This document shows, one piece after another, positions 49,166 to 60,200 of a stretch of DNA of 64,000 nt. A model generated the notes under the pieces. That model did no database searches. It had not been told where the DNA came from and saw only the letters and a list, made by a program, of their open reading frames with translations. Source of the DNA: Polyangiales bacterium (GTDB lineage Bacteria; Myxococcota_A; Polyangia; Polyangiales; Polyangiaceae); NCBI GenBank assembly GCA_038231275.1, contig JBBRLQ010000008.1:32001-96000 (forward strand), read 5' to 3'. A program made the position numbers and the translations under genes. Position 1 is the stretch's first letter, and each line of letters starts with the position of its first letter.

Positions 49166-51892
49166 TCAGCCGATCGCGGCGAGGAGGGCCGCGCGGATCT
49201 CTTTGAAGCGCTCGGGCGGCACGCGGCCGCCGCCGAGCTCGTTCACGTAGAAGACGTCGGCCACGCGCGTCCCTTCCGTGTTGATCTTCGAGAGCGCGAT
49301 CGACAGGCCCACTTCGTGGAGCGCGCGCGCGAGCGTGAAGAGGAGACCGGGGCGATCCTTCGCGAAGACCTCGAGCACCGTGTGGCGCGGCGAGGCACGG
49401 TCGTCGATCGACACCTCGTTGAGCACGGTGGGACTGGGCCGCTCGCGCCACGGCGACTGCGTCCCGAGCCGCTGCGCGAGGAGCGCCTGCGGGTCCTCCT
49501 CGCTCGCGCAAAAATCGGCCAAATCGCGCACCAGGCGCGCCATGCCGCGCGTCGCCCCTTCGGCTCCCTCGGTCCGATCGCGGACCCAAAAGAGATCGAC
49601 GGCCTCGGTCTCGCCGTCCCCCGTCGCGCGCGAATAGACCTGCGCGGCGAGCACCTCGAGGCGCCCCGCGGTGATCGCCGCGGCGATCCGCGCGAGGAGA
49701 CCGGGCCTGTCCTTCGCGACCACGCAGAGCTCGGCGACCTCGGGGTGACGCGCCGGTACCAGCGCGGCGTGGACCTTTGCGTCGCCGCGATCGAGCGCCA
49801 CGCCGGCGTGCGCGACGATCGCCTCGGGCGAGTTGGCGACCAGGTACCGCTCCGGCATGGACGCGAGGAAGCGCTCGAGGAACTCCTCGGGGCCGACCCA
49901 CAGCTTCCGGGCCTCGTCGCGCGCCGAGCGAAAGCGCCCTTGATCGGCGTCGTCCGACTCTCCCGAGAGGAAAAGGTCCGACGCGAAGTAGAGCTCGTCG
50001 AGCATGCGCGCCTTCCACGACGTCATCGCAGTCGGCGAGGTCGTCGTGATGTCGGCGACGGTGAGGAGGTAGAGATCGCGGAGCCCCTCGCGACCGCGGA
50101 CGTTTCGCACGAACTCGCGCGCGACCGCCGGATCGTCGAGATCACGCCGCGTTGCCGTGTGGTACATCGAGAGGTGCGACGCGACGAGCTGGCGCGCCTC
50201 CGCGACGTCGTCCGGCGCGATCCCGAGGCGCGGGAGGATGGCGTCACACAGCTCGGCGCCGCTCTGCGAGTGGTTCTTTCGCGACCCGGTCGCGTCGGGG
50301 TAGCCCTTCCCGACGTCGTGGAGCAACGTCGCCAGGAAGAGCGGCACCGGGCGCGCGATCTCGGCGGCCAGACGGCTCGCCAGGGGCCTCTCGTGCGCGA
50401 GCTCGCCGCGGCAGAGCGCGCGCAAGCAGTCGAGGGCGGCCACCGAGTGAACGTCGACCGTGTACACATGGTAGACGTCGTGGTGCACGCGCCCGGTGAC
50501 CGGCGCGAACTCCGGGATCATCGCCAGGAGGAGCCCGACGTCGTGGAGCTCTCCGACGATCGACCCGCGACGGGTCCGCGCCTCGGGCACCGTGCACACG
50601 AGATCGACGAAGATCTGCGCGGCCTCGCGGCTCTTCCTGAGCTCCTCGCACCACGCCGGATCGCTGGCGGCGCGGGCGATCCCTTCGCGCGCGTACGGTA
50701 AGACGGGAGCGCCGTGCCGCACCGCCGCGGCATAGACGCGAAACGCCAGCGCGGGGACCGACGCCAACTCCCCCACGCCGCCGACCGTGACGTGCCCGTC
50801 GAACATTCGCACGCCGCCCCCGAGATCGGTCTCGATCTGTCGCCCGCGCCGGCGCGGCGGCGTCGCGCGGTGGAGGATCCGCTCGCGGGAGCGGCTGACG
50901 ACGCGCGCCTGGAGGTAATACTCCTGCATCAAGCGTTCGGCGGCGGCGTGGCGCGCGGCGTCGCCGTCCTCCGCGCCCGCGTACCCCATCTCGACGGCGA
51001 TCGTCTCTTGCTCGTCGAACGTGAGGCGATCGCTCCGCCGCCCAGCGTGCGCGTGGAGCCGATTTCGCACGCGCCACAAGAACTCCTCGGCGGCCGCGAT
51101 CTCCTTCGCCTCGCGCGCGACGAGCACGCCGACGCGAACGAGATCGCCCCACACGTCGGGCTCGGCGGCGCTTCCGACCTTGAAGCGCGCACGGGCCGCC
51201 CATCGCGCGCCGTCGAGATCGCGGAGGCCGCCGGCGCCGCTCTTCACGTCGGGCTCGAGGAGATACACCGACGCGCCGAACCGCGCGTGACGCGCTGCCG
51301 CCTCCTCTTCGAGGCGCTCGATGAACGCGACGAGCTCCCCCTCGCTGAACAGCCCGCTCCACGCGCGATCGAGGAGCCCGGTGACGAGCGCCCGATCGCC
51401 GGCGAGGTGCCTCAGGTCGAGCAGCGACGTCGCGGTCGCGAGATCGGCCTGCGCGAGATCGAGCGCCTCGGTCGGCTCCATCACCTGATGTCCGACGCTC
51501 ATGCCCGCGTCCCAGAGCGGATAGAGCAGTGCCTCGGCGAACGCGGAGGCGGCCTCTTTGTGCTTCGCCCCGCGAGGGACGACGAAGCGCATGTCCGCGT
51601 CGCTCCCCAGCGCCACCGCGCCGCGCCCGTAGCTCCCCACCGCGGCGAGCTCAGGGCGCGTGCCCTTCTCGGCCACCGTCGCGCACGCGGCGGCGTGGAG
51701 GCTCGAGACGAGGCCGTCGATGACCTTGCAGTGCTTGCGTCCGAGTGAAAGCCCGTCCTCGCCCTTCGCGAGCCGCGCCGCGAGGTCCGCCTTGTGGCGG
51801 TTCAGGTAGTCCTTGAGCTCGCTCCCCAGCGGCGGCGCGATCTGGAGGAGCCGCTCGGAGGCCGGCGACCGGGACGGGGGAGGAGACGCCAT
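49166..51892 (-). CDS. glnD: [Protein-PII] uridylyltransferase / uridylyl-removing enzyme
   Basis: AVGSYGRG...SDAD, LEPDVKSGAGGLRD, HVYTVDVH, LLHDVGKG (HD domain), two DRPGLL ACT domains. Confidence 0.94.
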   Translation of the reverse strand: MASPPPSRSPASERLLQIAPPLGSELKDYLNRHKADLAARLAKGEDGLSLGRKHCKVIDGLVSSLHAAACATVAEKGTRPELAAVGSYGRGAVALGSDADMRFVVPRGAKHKEAASAFAEALLYPLWDAGMSVGHQVMEPTEALDLAQADLATATSLLDLRHLAGDRALVTGLLDRAWSGLFSEGELVAFIERLEEEAAARHARFGASVYLLEPDVKSGAGGLRDLDGARWAARARFKVGSAAEPDVWGDLVRVGVLVAREAKEIAAAEEFLWRVRNRLHAHAGRRSDRLTFDEQETIAVEMGYAGAEDGDAARHAAAERLMQEYYLQARVVSRSRERILHRATPPRRRGRQIETDLGGGVRMFDGHVTVGGVGELASVPALAFRVYAAAVRHGAPVLPYAREGIARAASDPAWCEELRKSREAAQIFVDLVCTVPEARTRRGSIVGELHDVGLLLAMIPEFAPVTGRVHHDVYHVYTVDVHSVAALDCLRALCRGELAHERPLASRLAAEIARPVPLFLATLLHDVGKGYPDATGSRKNHSQSGAELCDAILPRLGIAPDDVAEARQLVASHLSMYHTATRRDLDDPAVAREFVRNVRGREGLRDLYLLTVADITTTSPTAMTSWKARMLDELYFASDLFLSGESDDADQGRFRSARDEARKLWVGPEEFLERFLASMPERYLVANSPEAIVAHAGVALDRGDAKVHAALVPARHPEVAELCVVAKDRPGLLARIAAAITAGRLEVLAAQVYSRATGDGETEAVDLFWVRDRTEGAEGATRGMARLVRDLADFCASEEDPQALLAQRLGTQSPWRERPSPTVLNEVSIDDRASPRHTVLEVFAKDRPGLLFTLARALHEVGLSIALSKINTEGTRVADVFYVNELGGGRVPPERFKEIRAALLAAIG

Positions 51893-52061
51893 GGCGCCGG
51901 CTCATGGTAGCCCCGGGCGGGCGCACATTTCAGGCCTCGAATAGACGCTTCCCTATTTGAATTGAATTCCTTACGCTCCCGCTCGTCTGATTCCGGGGGT
52001 CCAGCGCCCAGCTGGGCACGGGTCTTTCGAGTCTTGGGTGAGTTTCCGTAGGAGGCGATCG

Positions 52062-52853
52062 ATGTCGAAGAGACTTGTTTTTCCGGCGCTCGCGCTTGTC
52101 GCAATGAGCCTTGGTGCATCGTTCAACGGCTGCTCCTGCAGCGGCGAAGCAAAGGTCGGCAACATGGAGGCGAAGGCTCCTGAGCCCCCGCCGCCCCCGC
52201 CGCCGCCCGCCCCGCCCCCCGCGCCCGCGCCGGATCCCGTCCCGGTCAAGCAGATCAAGTCGGTCGGCAAGGCGACCCTCGAGGGCAACAAGGTCAAGAT
52301 CCCCGGCGACATCGAGTTCGACGTCGACAAGGCGACGATCAAGAACACGCCGCAGACGACCGACGTCCTCACGACGCTCGCGCAGTTCATGAAGGAAAAC
52401 CCGACCGTCACGAAGCTCCGCGTCGAGGGGCACACGGACAACACGGGCAAGGACGACCACAACAAGAAGCTGAGCGACGACCGCGCCGCGGCCGTGGCCA
52501 AGTGGCTCGGCGCGAACGGCATCGATGCCTCGCGCGTCAAGTCGGTCGGCTTCGGCGCCTCGCGCCCGCTCGTCACCAACGACTCGCCCGAGCACAAGGC
52601 GATGAACCGCCGCACGGCGTTCCACGTAGAGGAAATCGAGGGCAAGGTCGTCCCCGACGACTCGGGCGCGACGGCGGGCGGCACCACGCCGCCGGCAGAC
52701 CCGACGGCTGCGGCCGGCGGAACGACTCCGGCTGCAGGCGGCACCACACCGGCCGGCGGCGGCGCGGTGACGACGACGGCGGCGAAGGCCGGCGGCAAGG
52801 ACGCTGCGGCGGGCAAGAAGCCGGCTGCGCCGACCGCGCCGAAGAAGCCCTGA
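52062..52853 (+). CDS. OmpA-family peptidoglycan-binding lipoprotein
   Basis: GGAGG RBS; signal peptide with Cys; IEFDVDKA, VEGHTD, LSDDRA, GFGASRP, NRR. Confidence 0.9.
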   Translation: MSKRLVFPALALVAMSLGASFNGCSCSGEAKVGNMEAKAPEPPPPPPPPAPPPAPAPDPVPVKQIKSVGKATLEGNKVKIPGDIEFDVDKATIKNTPQTTDVLTTLAQFMKENPTVTKLRVEGHTDNTGKDDHNKKLSDDRAAAVAKWLGANGIDASRVKSVGFGASRPLVTNDSPEHKAMNRRTAFHVEEIEGKVVPDDSGATAGGTTPPADPTAAAGGTTPAAGGTTPAGGGAVTTTAAKAGGKDAAAGKKPAAPTAPKKP

Positions 52854-52883
52854 GCGCGCTCTAGACAACCGAAACGGATTCGA

Positions 52884-52923
52884 ACGCCGCGCGCTCTTTC
52901 GAGAACGCGCGGCGTCGTCTTTT
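52884..52923 (+). terminator. Putative intrinsic terminator after the OmpA-family gene
   Basis: Stem ACGCCGCGCG...CGCGCGGCGT followed by cgtcTTTT. Confidence 0.5.
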
Positions 52924-52926
52924 GTC

Positions 52927-53691
52927 ATGCCCCTCGCACGCGCGCGCTGCCCTGCCTGCTCCGAGCCCCTCGGCGATCCGCCGCACGTGCCCGTGCCTTG
53001 CCGTTGCGGGAGCTGTGGGACCGAAGCGCCGGTGCCGTTCGGCGCCGACGGTCAGCCGGCCGCGTTCGAGACGATGCTCACGGCGCCCGAGCTCCTGCGT
53101 TGGTTCGGCGCCGCACGGCACGCGATGGTCACCGGCCGACTCGGCATCGCCTTGGGTGCATGCGCCAAGTGCAAGGCGCCGCTGGTCGTGTCGTCACGTC
53201 AGCAAATGCGCCTACCCTGCCCGCACTGCCAGACGCCGGCCTGTGGCGAGGCCGCGACGATCCTCGTCGATCAATGGCCCGAGCCATGGTGCAAGGTGGA
53301 GGGCGGCGGCCTCTCGCTCGAGTACCGCCTCGCGTCGGTGGATGACTCGACGGGAGTGACCGCCGGCTGCGCGGCGTGCGCCCTCGCGACGCCCGCCAAC
53401 GAGCCGGGGACCCGCTGCAGGAGGTGCAACGCGGTCACGTGGGCCGAGCGCGACGGACGCCGCGTGCAGCTCGGCGTCCGCGCGTCCGGCACCCGCACGG
53501 ACCACCCGTTCAACGCCCTCGTCCCCATATGTCAGGGCGAGCAGATGCTCATGCGCGACGCCGCGGTCGGAGCGTCCGCGGAGTCTGGAAAATCGATCAT
53601 GGGCATCACGGGCGTTGGATGCGCGATCGGCACGGCCCTGGTGATCGTGCCGATCGTGATCGGGATCGCCTACGCGATGGCGAAGTGTTGA
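52927..53691 (+). CDS. Multi-zinc-ribbon protein with C-terminal membrane anchor
   Basis: Six CxxC pairs (CPAC, CGSC, CAKC, CPHC, CAAC, CRRC) and a C-terminal hydrophobic helix. Confidence 0.65.
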   Translation: MPLARARCPACSEPLGDPPHVPVPCRCGSCGTEAPVPFGADGQPAAFETMLTAPELLRWFGAARHAMVTGRLGIALGACAKCKAPLVVSSRQQMRLPCPHCQTPACGEAATILVDQWPEPWCKVEGGGLSLEYRLASVDDSTGVTAGCAACALATPANEPGTRCRRCNAVTWAERDGRRVQLGVRASGTRTDHPFNALVPICQGEQMLMRDAAVGASAESGKSIMGITGVGCAIGTALVIVPIVIGIAYAMAKC

Positions 53692-53714
53692 CGTCGCGAG
53701 CGATGCGTCGCGCT

Positions 53715-53786
53715 CAAGGCCTGATCGGAAAAGCCGGTCAGGCCTCTCCGTCAGGAATCGTTTCGCTCCGCTGCGCTTCGCTACAC
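53715..53786 (-). repeat. REP-like intergenic repeat, copy A
   Basis: Reverse complement closely matches 56575-56647; contains the palindrome AGGCCTGA...TCAGGCCT. Confidence 0.8.
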
Positions 53787-54638
53787 TCAGCCGCCGCCGC
53801 CGCTGTCGACCGGCGCGCCGGTGTCCGCCGGAGGAGCGCCGGAGTCCACGACGGTGGGCGCGCCGCCAAACAGCGAGCAGTCCGCCGCGCCGCCGCCGAA
53901 CGAGAGCCCTTGCGCGCAGCGGTTTCCGACGGCTGCGTCGCAGTACGGCGCCTCGGGCGCGCAGTCGGCGTTCGGATCGGTCTGGCCCGGGTTGCAGGTC
54001 CCGCCGATACCAACGCGCGGCTGGCACACGGCGCTCTGGCAGCGAGCGCTCTCGATGCACGGCGTGTTCGTCGCGTCGCACGTGCCGCCTAGGGCGATCT
54101 TCGGCGTACAGATCTTCACGCCGGCCGAGTCGGCGCAGTAGGTGCCGCTCTCGCACGTCTCGCCGGGGTTCGCGCAGCCGTCGCCCTTCTTCTTGTCCAC
54201 CTTGTCGCCGCAGTGGCTCTTGTCGCAGACGAGCGAGCCCGTGCAGTCGTAGCTCGAGGTGCAGATGTCGCCCTTCGCTTTGGTGCCGCCGTAGACCCGG
54301 CCGCAGGTGTTGGCGAGATCGGCGAGGGCGGTCGGCGTGACCGGCGATTTTCCGTAAGTGTCGTGCGTCTTGTTGACGCAGTCCTCCGCCTTGCCGGCGC
54401 TGTAGGCGCGGCCCGCCGTGATCGCCGCGGACGCTCCTGCGAGGCAGACCTTCTTCCGCGCCGCCGTGCAGTCGGAGGTGGCGACGAGGCAGATCCCCGC
54501 GACCTGACACTCCTGCGCCGCGACGTCGGTGCACATCGCGTCGTACGTCGGGTATTTGTCCGCCGCAGTGGTCGTGCACGCGGCCACGCCCGCGCCCGAG
54601 ATCGCCAAACCAAACACCAGTCCAAGCCACTTGTTCAT
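53787..54638 (-). CDS. Cysteine-rich lipoprotein
   Basis: VAAC lipobox; many Cys in repeated G..C.....C.....C....C units; GGAGG RBS. Confidence 0.75.
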   Translation of the reverse strand: MNKWLGLVFGLAISGAGVAACTTTAADKYPTYDAMCTDVAAQECQVAGICLVATSDCTAARKKVCLAGASAAITAGRAYSAGKAEDCVNKTHDTYGKSPVTPTALADLANTCGRVYGGTKAKGDICTSSYDCTGSLVCDKSHCGDKVDKKKGDGCANPGETCESGTYCADSAGVKICTPKIALGGTCDATNTPCIESARCQSAVCQPRVGIGGTCNPGQTDPNADCAPEAPYCDAAVGNRCAQGLSFGGGAADCSLFGGAPTVVDSGAPPADTGAPVDSGGGG

Positions 54639-54849
54639 CGGATTGCCTCCAAAGGCCGCCGGGCTGCCAGGTGCCGGGGGTTCTTGCAAGTCTTCGCCCA
54701 AGGCGGGGTCGCCCGCAAGTGTTCTACATGCGTTGGACGCGCCGCGGCCCCAGGTCTTCATCGCCGGGGCGCACTCACCTGCGTCGCGGGCGCATTCGCC
54801 CCACTCGTTCGCCGCTGCGCATCGCTCCAATCAGCCTTTAGGAGGCCCC

Positions 54850-55140
54850 ATGAAACTGCCCGCTCGACGTGCCACGCCGTGGCTCGCCCTCGTGATTGTC
54901 TGCACCTTCCCGTCGATCGCCACCGCGCAGAACGGCGCCGCACCGAAGAGCTCCGGCTACGCCGAGCACAAGACCGACGGCGGCAGCAACGTCGTGTTCG
55001 ACGACGATCGCGCGCTCGGGACCGCCTACGATCCGTTCGCCGACATCGTGAAGGGCCCCCCGCACGGCGCCCGAATGAACCTGCTGAGACCGCGCTATAA
55101 CTTCGTTCCCGAACTCCTCAAAAGCGTAGAGAATTTGTGA
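54850..55140 (+). CDS. Small secreted protein, CglF/GltF-like (adventurous gliding family)
   Basis: AGGAGG RBS, signal peptide ending ATA-Q, C-terminal LLRPRYNFVPELLKSVENL resembling the CglF C-terminus as I recall it. Confidence 0.65.
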   Translation: MKLPARRATPWLALVIVCTFPSIATAQNGAAPKSSGYAEHKTDGGSNVVFDDDRALGTAYDPFADIVKGPPHGARMNLLRPRYNFVPELLKSVENL

Positions 55141-55204
55141 TGGTGACCGCGCGGTCCGCTTGACGAGCGGGCCGGGGTGCGTGTAGTTCCAAGGCCGCCC
55201 CATC

Positions 55205-55288
55205 GCGAAGGTGGCGGAATTGGCAGACGCACCAGATTCAGGTTCTGGCGGGGTAACTCCTGTAAGGGTTCAAGTCCCTTCCTTCGCA
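55205..55288 (+). tRNA. tRNA-Leu (anticodon CAG)
   Basis: Acceptor stem GCGAAGG/CCTTCGC, D-loop GGAATTGGCAGAC, anticodon arm CCAGA-TTCAGGT-TCTGG, long variable arm, T-loop GGTTCAAGTC; CCA not encoded. Confidence 0.95.
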
Positions 55289-55369
55289 CGAAGTTCAGCG
55301 GAAAGCCGGAGGCGGGTCCCTCCGGGGCATGCCTGGAGGACGAGGCCCCGACGAGGGTATGCTCCGGCG

Positions 55370-56005
55370 ATGCCGCCCATCGTCCCTGAGGCGCTCGAGA
55401 GCTACGCCGCCGAACACGCCGATCCCGTCTCGCCGCTGCTCGAAGAGCTCCGCGCCGAGACCTACGCGAAGATGAAGTGGCCGCAGATGCAGGTCGGCCG
55501 CATCGAAGGCGCCTTCCTGCGAATGCTCGTGCGCCTCGTGGGCGCGAAGCGGGTCCTCGAGATCGGGATGTTCACCGGCTACTCCGCGCTCTGCATGGCC
55601 GAGGGCCTTCCTGACGACGGGACGCTCGTCACGTTCGACATCAACCCCGACGCTGAGACGATCGCGCGATCGTTTTTCGCGCGGAGCCCCCACGGGAAGA
55701 AGATCGACGTTCGCATCGCGCCGGCGCTCGAGACGATCGGCACGCTCTCGGGTCCGCTCGACCTCGTCTTCATCGACGCCGACAAGGCGAGCTACTCGGC
55801 GTATTTCGACGCTGTCCTCCCGCTCGTTCGCAAGGGCGGTCTCATCGTCGCCGACAACACGCTATGGGGGGGAAAGGTGCTCGATCCCCAATCGGACGAC
55901 ACGCGCGCGATCGTCGCCTACAACGCGAAGGTGGCCGCCGACATGCGCGTCGCCAAGGTCCTTTTGACGGTGCGAGACGGGATGCTGCTCTCCCAAAAGC
56001 TCTAG
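55370..56005 (+). CDS. SAM-dependent O-methyltransferase (caffeoyl-CoA OMT-like)
   Basis: VLEIGMFTGYS, DLVFIDADK, DNTLW, RDG. Confidence 0.9.
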   Translation: MPPIVPEALESYAAEHADPVSPLLEELRAETYAKMKWPQMQVGRIEGAFLRMLVRLVGAKRVLEIGMFTGYSALCMAEGLPDDGTLVTFDINPDAETIARSFFARSPHGKKIDVRIAPALETIGTLSGPLDLVFIDADKASYSAYFDAVLPLVRKGGLIVADNTLWGGKVLDPQSDDTRAIVAYNAKVAADMRVAKVLLTVRDGMLLSQKL

Positions 56006-56130
56006 ACGTCGCGCCGGACCGCTGAGACCTCAGCAAGTTGATCGGCGCGCGGACTTTAGCCGCACCTGTTAGCCGCGCCTTGACGGCGGGCGCCGAGCAG
56101 CGGACCTTTGACAAGAAGGGGAGACTACCT

Positions 56131-56571
56131 ATGGAAAGCACGCTGCCGAAGCACGCGCTCAAGCCGTTCGTTGCCGTCACGCGGACTGCGACGGTGATGG
56201 AAGCCATCCGCGCGATGGTGGAGAAGAAGGTCGGCGCGGTCATCGTCCTCGATGGCGATCGGCTCCTCGGCATGTTCACCGAGCGCGACGTGCTCATCCG
56301 GGTCGTCCTCGATCGGCGCGATCCGGAGAAGACTCCGGTTGGCGAAGTGATGACCTCGCCAGTGAAGACGGTGCGCGATAACGCCGACCCACGCATCGCG
56401 CGCCGCACCATGGTCGAGAGCCACATCCGCCACCTGCCGGTCGTGGACGGCGCGGGCAATGTCGTGTCGATGCTCTCGATGCGCCACCTCCTGCGCGCAG
56501 AGGTCAGCGATCTCGAGCAGACGGTGTGGACGCTGGTCGCCGAGACCGCCGCCGACGGCCCCGGCGGCTGA
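56131..56571 (+). CDS. CBS-domain pair protein
   Basis: VGAVIV, GMFTERD, VGEVMT, IRHLPVVD. Confidence 0.9.
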   Translation: MESTLPKHALKPFVAVTRTATVMEAIRAMVEKKVGAVIVLDGDRLLGMFTERDVLIRVVLDRRDPEKTPVGEVMTSPVKTVRDNADPRIARRTMVESHIRHLPVVDGAGNVVSMLSMRHLLRAEVSDLEQTVWTLVAETAADGPGG

Positions 56572-56574
56572 GCC

Positions 56575-56647
56575 GTGGAGCGAAGCCGCAGCGTACCGAA
56601 ACGACTCATGACGGAAGGGCCTGACCGGCTTTTCCGGTCAGGCCTTG
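56575..56647 (+). repeat. REP-like intergenic repeat, copy B
   Basis: GTGGAGCGAAGC...GGCCTGACCGG-CTTTT-CCGGTCAGGCC hairpin; matches copy A. Confidence 0.8.
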
Positions 56648-56651
56648 TACC

Positions 56652-57170
56652 TCACATCACGCGAAAAATTTTTGCGATGAGCACGGCGAGGGCGAGCACG
56701 GCGCCGAGCGGCGCGAGTGCGTTGAGCGCGCGACCTGCCGCGACCTTGTCGCGCGCGAGGAGCAGGTGCCCGGCGCCGGCGAGGCCAGTGCACACGGTCA
56801 GCGGCAAGAACATCTGCGCGAAGTCGACCATCTCGGAGATGCGCCGGTTCCCGAGCGAGCTCGGGAGCAGAACGAGCACGCCGATGACCGTCGCTGTTAC
56901 CGCGAGCCATCCAGGGACCGCGAGCGACGCGCGCGGCCTGCGGCGCACGAGCGCCAGGCCAGCTGTGAACAACCACAGCGTCGCGAGCGCGAGAAAGAGC
57001 GCCGCCCCGAGGGACGCGCCGGTGTCGTCACGCATGCCGGTCTGGCTCGCGAGCGCGAATCCGCCGGCGAGGAGGAGGCTCGGAAGCGACAAGACGAGCA
57101 GCAAGGCTCCGACCCCGCGCGCGTTCGTGGAGGGCTGAGCCGGCGCAGGTAATCCGGGGGGCGCGACCAT
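56652..57170 (-). CDS. Hypothetical membrane protein (about 5 TM)
   Basis: Several strongly hydrophobic segments; no recognisable motif. Confidence 0.55.
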   Translation of the reverse strand: MVAPPGLPAPAQPSTNARGVGALLLVLSLPSLLLAGGFALASQTGMRDDTGASLGAALFLALATLWLFTAGLALVRRRPRASLAVPGWLAVTATVIGVLVLLPSSLGNRRISEMVDFAQMFLPLTVCTGLAGAGHLLLARDKVAAGRALNALAPLGAVLALAVLIAKIFRVM

Positions 57171-57277
57171 CGGGCGAGGGTACCAAACTCCGACGGCGCG
57201 CTGCGGCAGGCGAGCGAATGTTCGCGTTGGAGCGCGACAGTCGGCCCCAAGCGCGACCGTTTCTGTATAGTGCCGCG

Positions 57278-60200
57278 ATGCGCGTCACCCCCGCCTCCGG
57301 TCGTCCGGTCCTCTTCGCCTTCGCCGCCATCGTCGCCACAGTCGTGGCCGCGTGCTCGGGAGGGACACCTCCTGACACCGAGCGCACTGGCGGAGATGCG
57401 GGCGCCGCAGCTTCGCAGAGCGCCGCCGAGAGCACGACGCCGACGCCCGCACGCCCGTCGTACATCGGCGCTCCAGCGGACACGTCGCATTCGATCGTTC
57501 AGCGCGCGCCGACGGTGAACATCTCGCGAGCGTTCACCTCGCGCCCGCTCCGCGAGCTCGCGAACGCAGCCGAGGACGAGGGCGAAAAAGAGGAGGGCGG
57601 CGTGCATGCTCCCCTCCCCCTCCCGCTCGCGCCCGGCGTGTTGAGCCCGCTCCTCGCCCCCGATGCCGTGCTTCAGTCCGGCGCCCCCATTCGTCAGATG
57701 CCGGTCGCGCTCCGCAACTTTCTCGGCCAAGGCACCACGCTCGAAGGGTGCGTCTTCCCGAGCCCGCCCGCGGGCTGCACCACGACCGGCGATCCGGCCG
57801 ACACCAACGGCGCGGTCGGACCGAACCACTTCGTCCAGGTCGTCAACGGCGGCATCGGCATCTGGAACAAAGCCGGCACCGTCGTCATGACGCCGAAGAA
57901 AAATAACCTCCTCTGGGCCGGTTACCCGACGACCAGCGGCAACGCCTGCGCAGCGAGCAACAACGGCGACCCGGTCGTCGTCTACGATCAGATCGCCGAT
58001 CGCTGGCTCGTCACGCAGTTCGACATCCACAACTTCATCGCCAACACCGGCACGACGAACTACCAGTGCGTCGCCGTCTCGAAGACCGCCGATCCGACCG
58101 GCGCCTACTCGCTCTACGATTTCCCCTACGCGGGCCTGAACGACTACGGCAAATTCGGACTCTGGCCCGACGCGTACCTCGCGACGTTCAATTTGTTCAA
58201 CTCGGCCGGCACCGCGTTCCTCGGCTCGGACATTTGCGCGTACGATCGCGTGAGCATGCTGGCCGGCGCGACGGCGACGCAGCAGTGCTTCCAGCAGGGC
58301 GCGGGCGTGGGCGGCGTGTTGCCCGTGAGCATGGACGGCAAGGTTCTTCCGCCGCGCGGTGAGCCCGGATTTTTCGCGAACTTCGGCGCCGCCGTCGCGA
58401 ACATCTGGAAGATGCACGTCGACTGGGTGACGCCGGCCAACTCGACGCTCACCGGACCGACCTCGCTCGGCGTCGCGCCGTTCACGATCACGTGCTCGGG
58501 CATCTCGCGCCAGGCGTGCGTCCCGCAGCCGGGGACGGCGCAGCAGGTCTCCGCGCTCTCGGATCGCGCGATGTTCCGCCTCGCCTACCGAAACTTCGGC
58601 ACCCACGAGTCGCTCACCTTCAATCACGCGATCGCCGCCGGCGGCACGAGCGGCATTCGCTGGTACGAGCTGCGCGCGCCCAACGGCACGCCGACCGTCT
58701 TCCAGCAGGGCACGTACGCGCCGGCCGACGGCAACTGGCGCTGGCTCGGCAGCATGGCGATGGATCAGGCGGAGGACTTCGCGCTCGGCTTCAGCATCTC
58801 GAACGGCACGACGCTGAAGCCGTCCATCGCGTGGACGGGTCGCCTCAACGGTGACGCGGTCGGCACGATGGGACAGGGCGAGACCACGATCGACACCGGC
58901 GGCGGCGTCGAGACCGGCGCGAACCGCTGGGGCGACTACTCGAACATGACCGTCGACCCCGCCGACGACTGCACCTTCTGGTACACGTCGCAGCTCTTCA
59001 ACACGACCGGCACCTTCACGTGGGACACGAACATCGCGTCCGTGAAGTTCCCGAGCTGCGGCGCGAACGATTTCTCGATCGCCGTCGCGCCGCCGACGCA
59101 GTCCGTGCAGGAGAACCGCTCGGTCACCTACACCGTGACGACGACATCGACGGCAGGTGCGGCGGAGTCGATCGCGCTCGTCGTGCAAGATCTGCCGACC
59201 GGCGTGACCGGAAGCTTCAGCCCGGCGACGGTGACCGCGGGCGGGACGTCGACGCTGACGGTCTCGGCGACGATCGCTGCGCCAATCGTTCCGCTCACCA
59301 CGTTCACGGTCATCGGCAAGGCGCCGTCTGCGGTCCACGCCGCGAACGCGCAGGTCGCCGTCATCGCGTGCGCGCCTGGCACTACGTGCCCCGCGGGCCA
59401 GAACTGCGGCACCGCGCCCAACGGCTGCGGCGGCACCCTCAGCTGCGGCACCTGCACCGCGCCACAGACGTGCGGCGGTGGCGGCACGCCCAACCAGTGC
59501 GGATGCACGCCCATCACGACGTGCGGCGCCGGCCAGAACTGCGGCACCATCCCCAACGGCTGCGGAGGCACCGTCAACTGCGGCACGTGCACCGCGCCGA
59601 ACACCTGCGGCGGCGGAGGCGCCCCCAATCAGTGCGGATGCACCCCCGTCACCACGTGCCCGGCCGGCACCAACTGCGGCACGATCCCGAACGGCTGCGG
59701 CGGCACGGTGACATGCGGCCCCGCGTGCACCGCTCCGCAGACCTGCGGCGGCGGCGGAACCGCCAACATCTGCGGTTGCACGCCGCTCACGACGTGCCCG
59801 GGCGGCCAGAACTGCGGCACCGCCGCCAACGGCTGCGGCGGCACGCTGAGCTGTGGCACCTGCACCGCTCCGCAAACCTGCGGCGGCGGAGGAACGCCCA
59901 CCCAGTGCGGCTGCACGCCGGCGACGACGTGCCCGGCCGGTCAGGCCTGCGGCACCGCGCCCGACAACTGCGGCGGCAACGTCAACTGCGGCACCTGCGC
60001 CGCTCCGCAGACCTGCGGCGGCGGAGGCACCGCGAACCAGTGCGGATGCACCAAGACGACGTGCGCGGCGGAGGGGGCCCAGTGCGACTCCATCTCCGAC
60101 AAATGCGGCGGCACGCTGGCCTGCGGGTCGTGCGCGTCCGACAGCACGTGCGTCGCGAACAAGTGCGTCGCGCCGGGCACCGATGCCGGTGGTAGCACCG

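Noticed and set aside
55205-55320. tRNA-Leu as an island or prophage integration site
   Set aside because: I saw no integrase, no duplicate of the tRNA 3' end and no compositional shift in the window.
59369-60166. Regularly spaced repeats as a possible CRISPR or non-coding array
   Set aside because: They are in-frame Cys-rich protein repeats with synonymous variation and no unique spacers.
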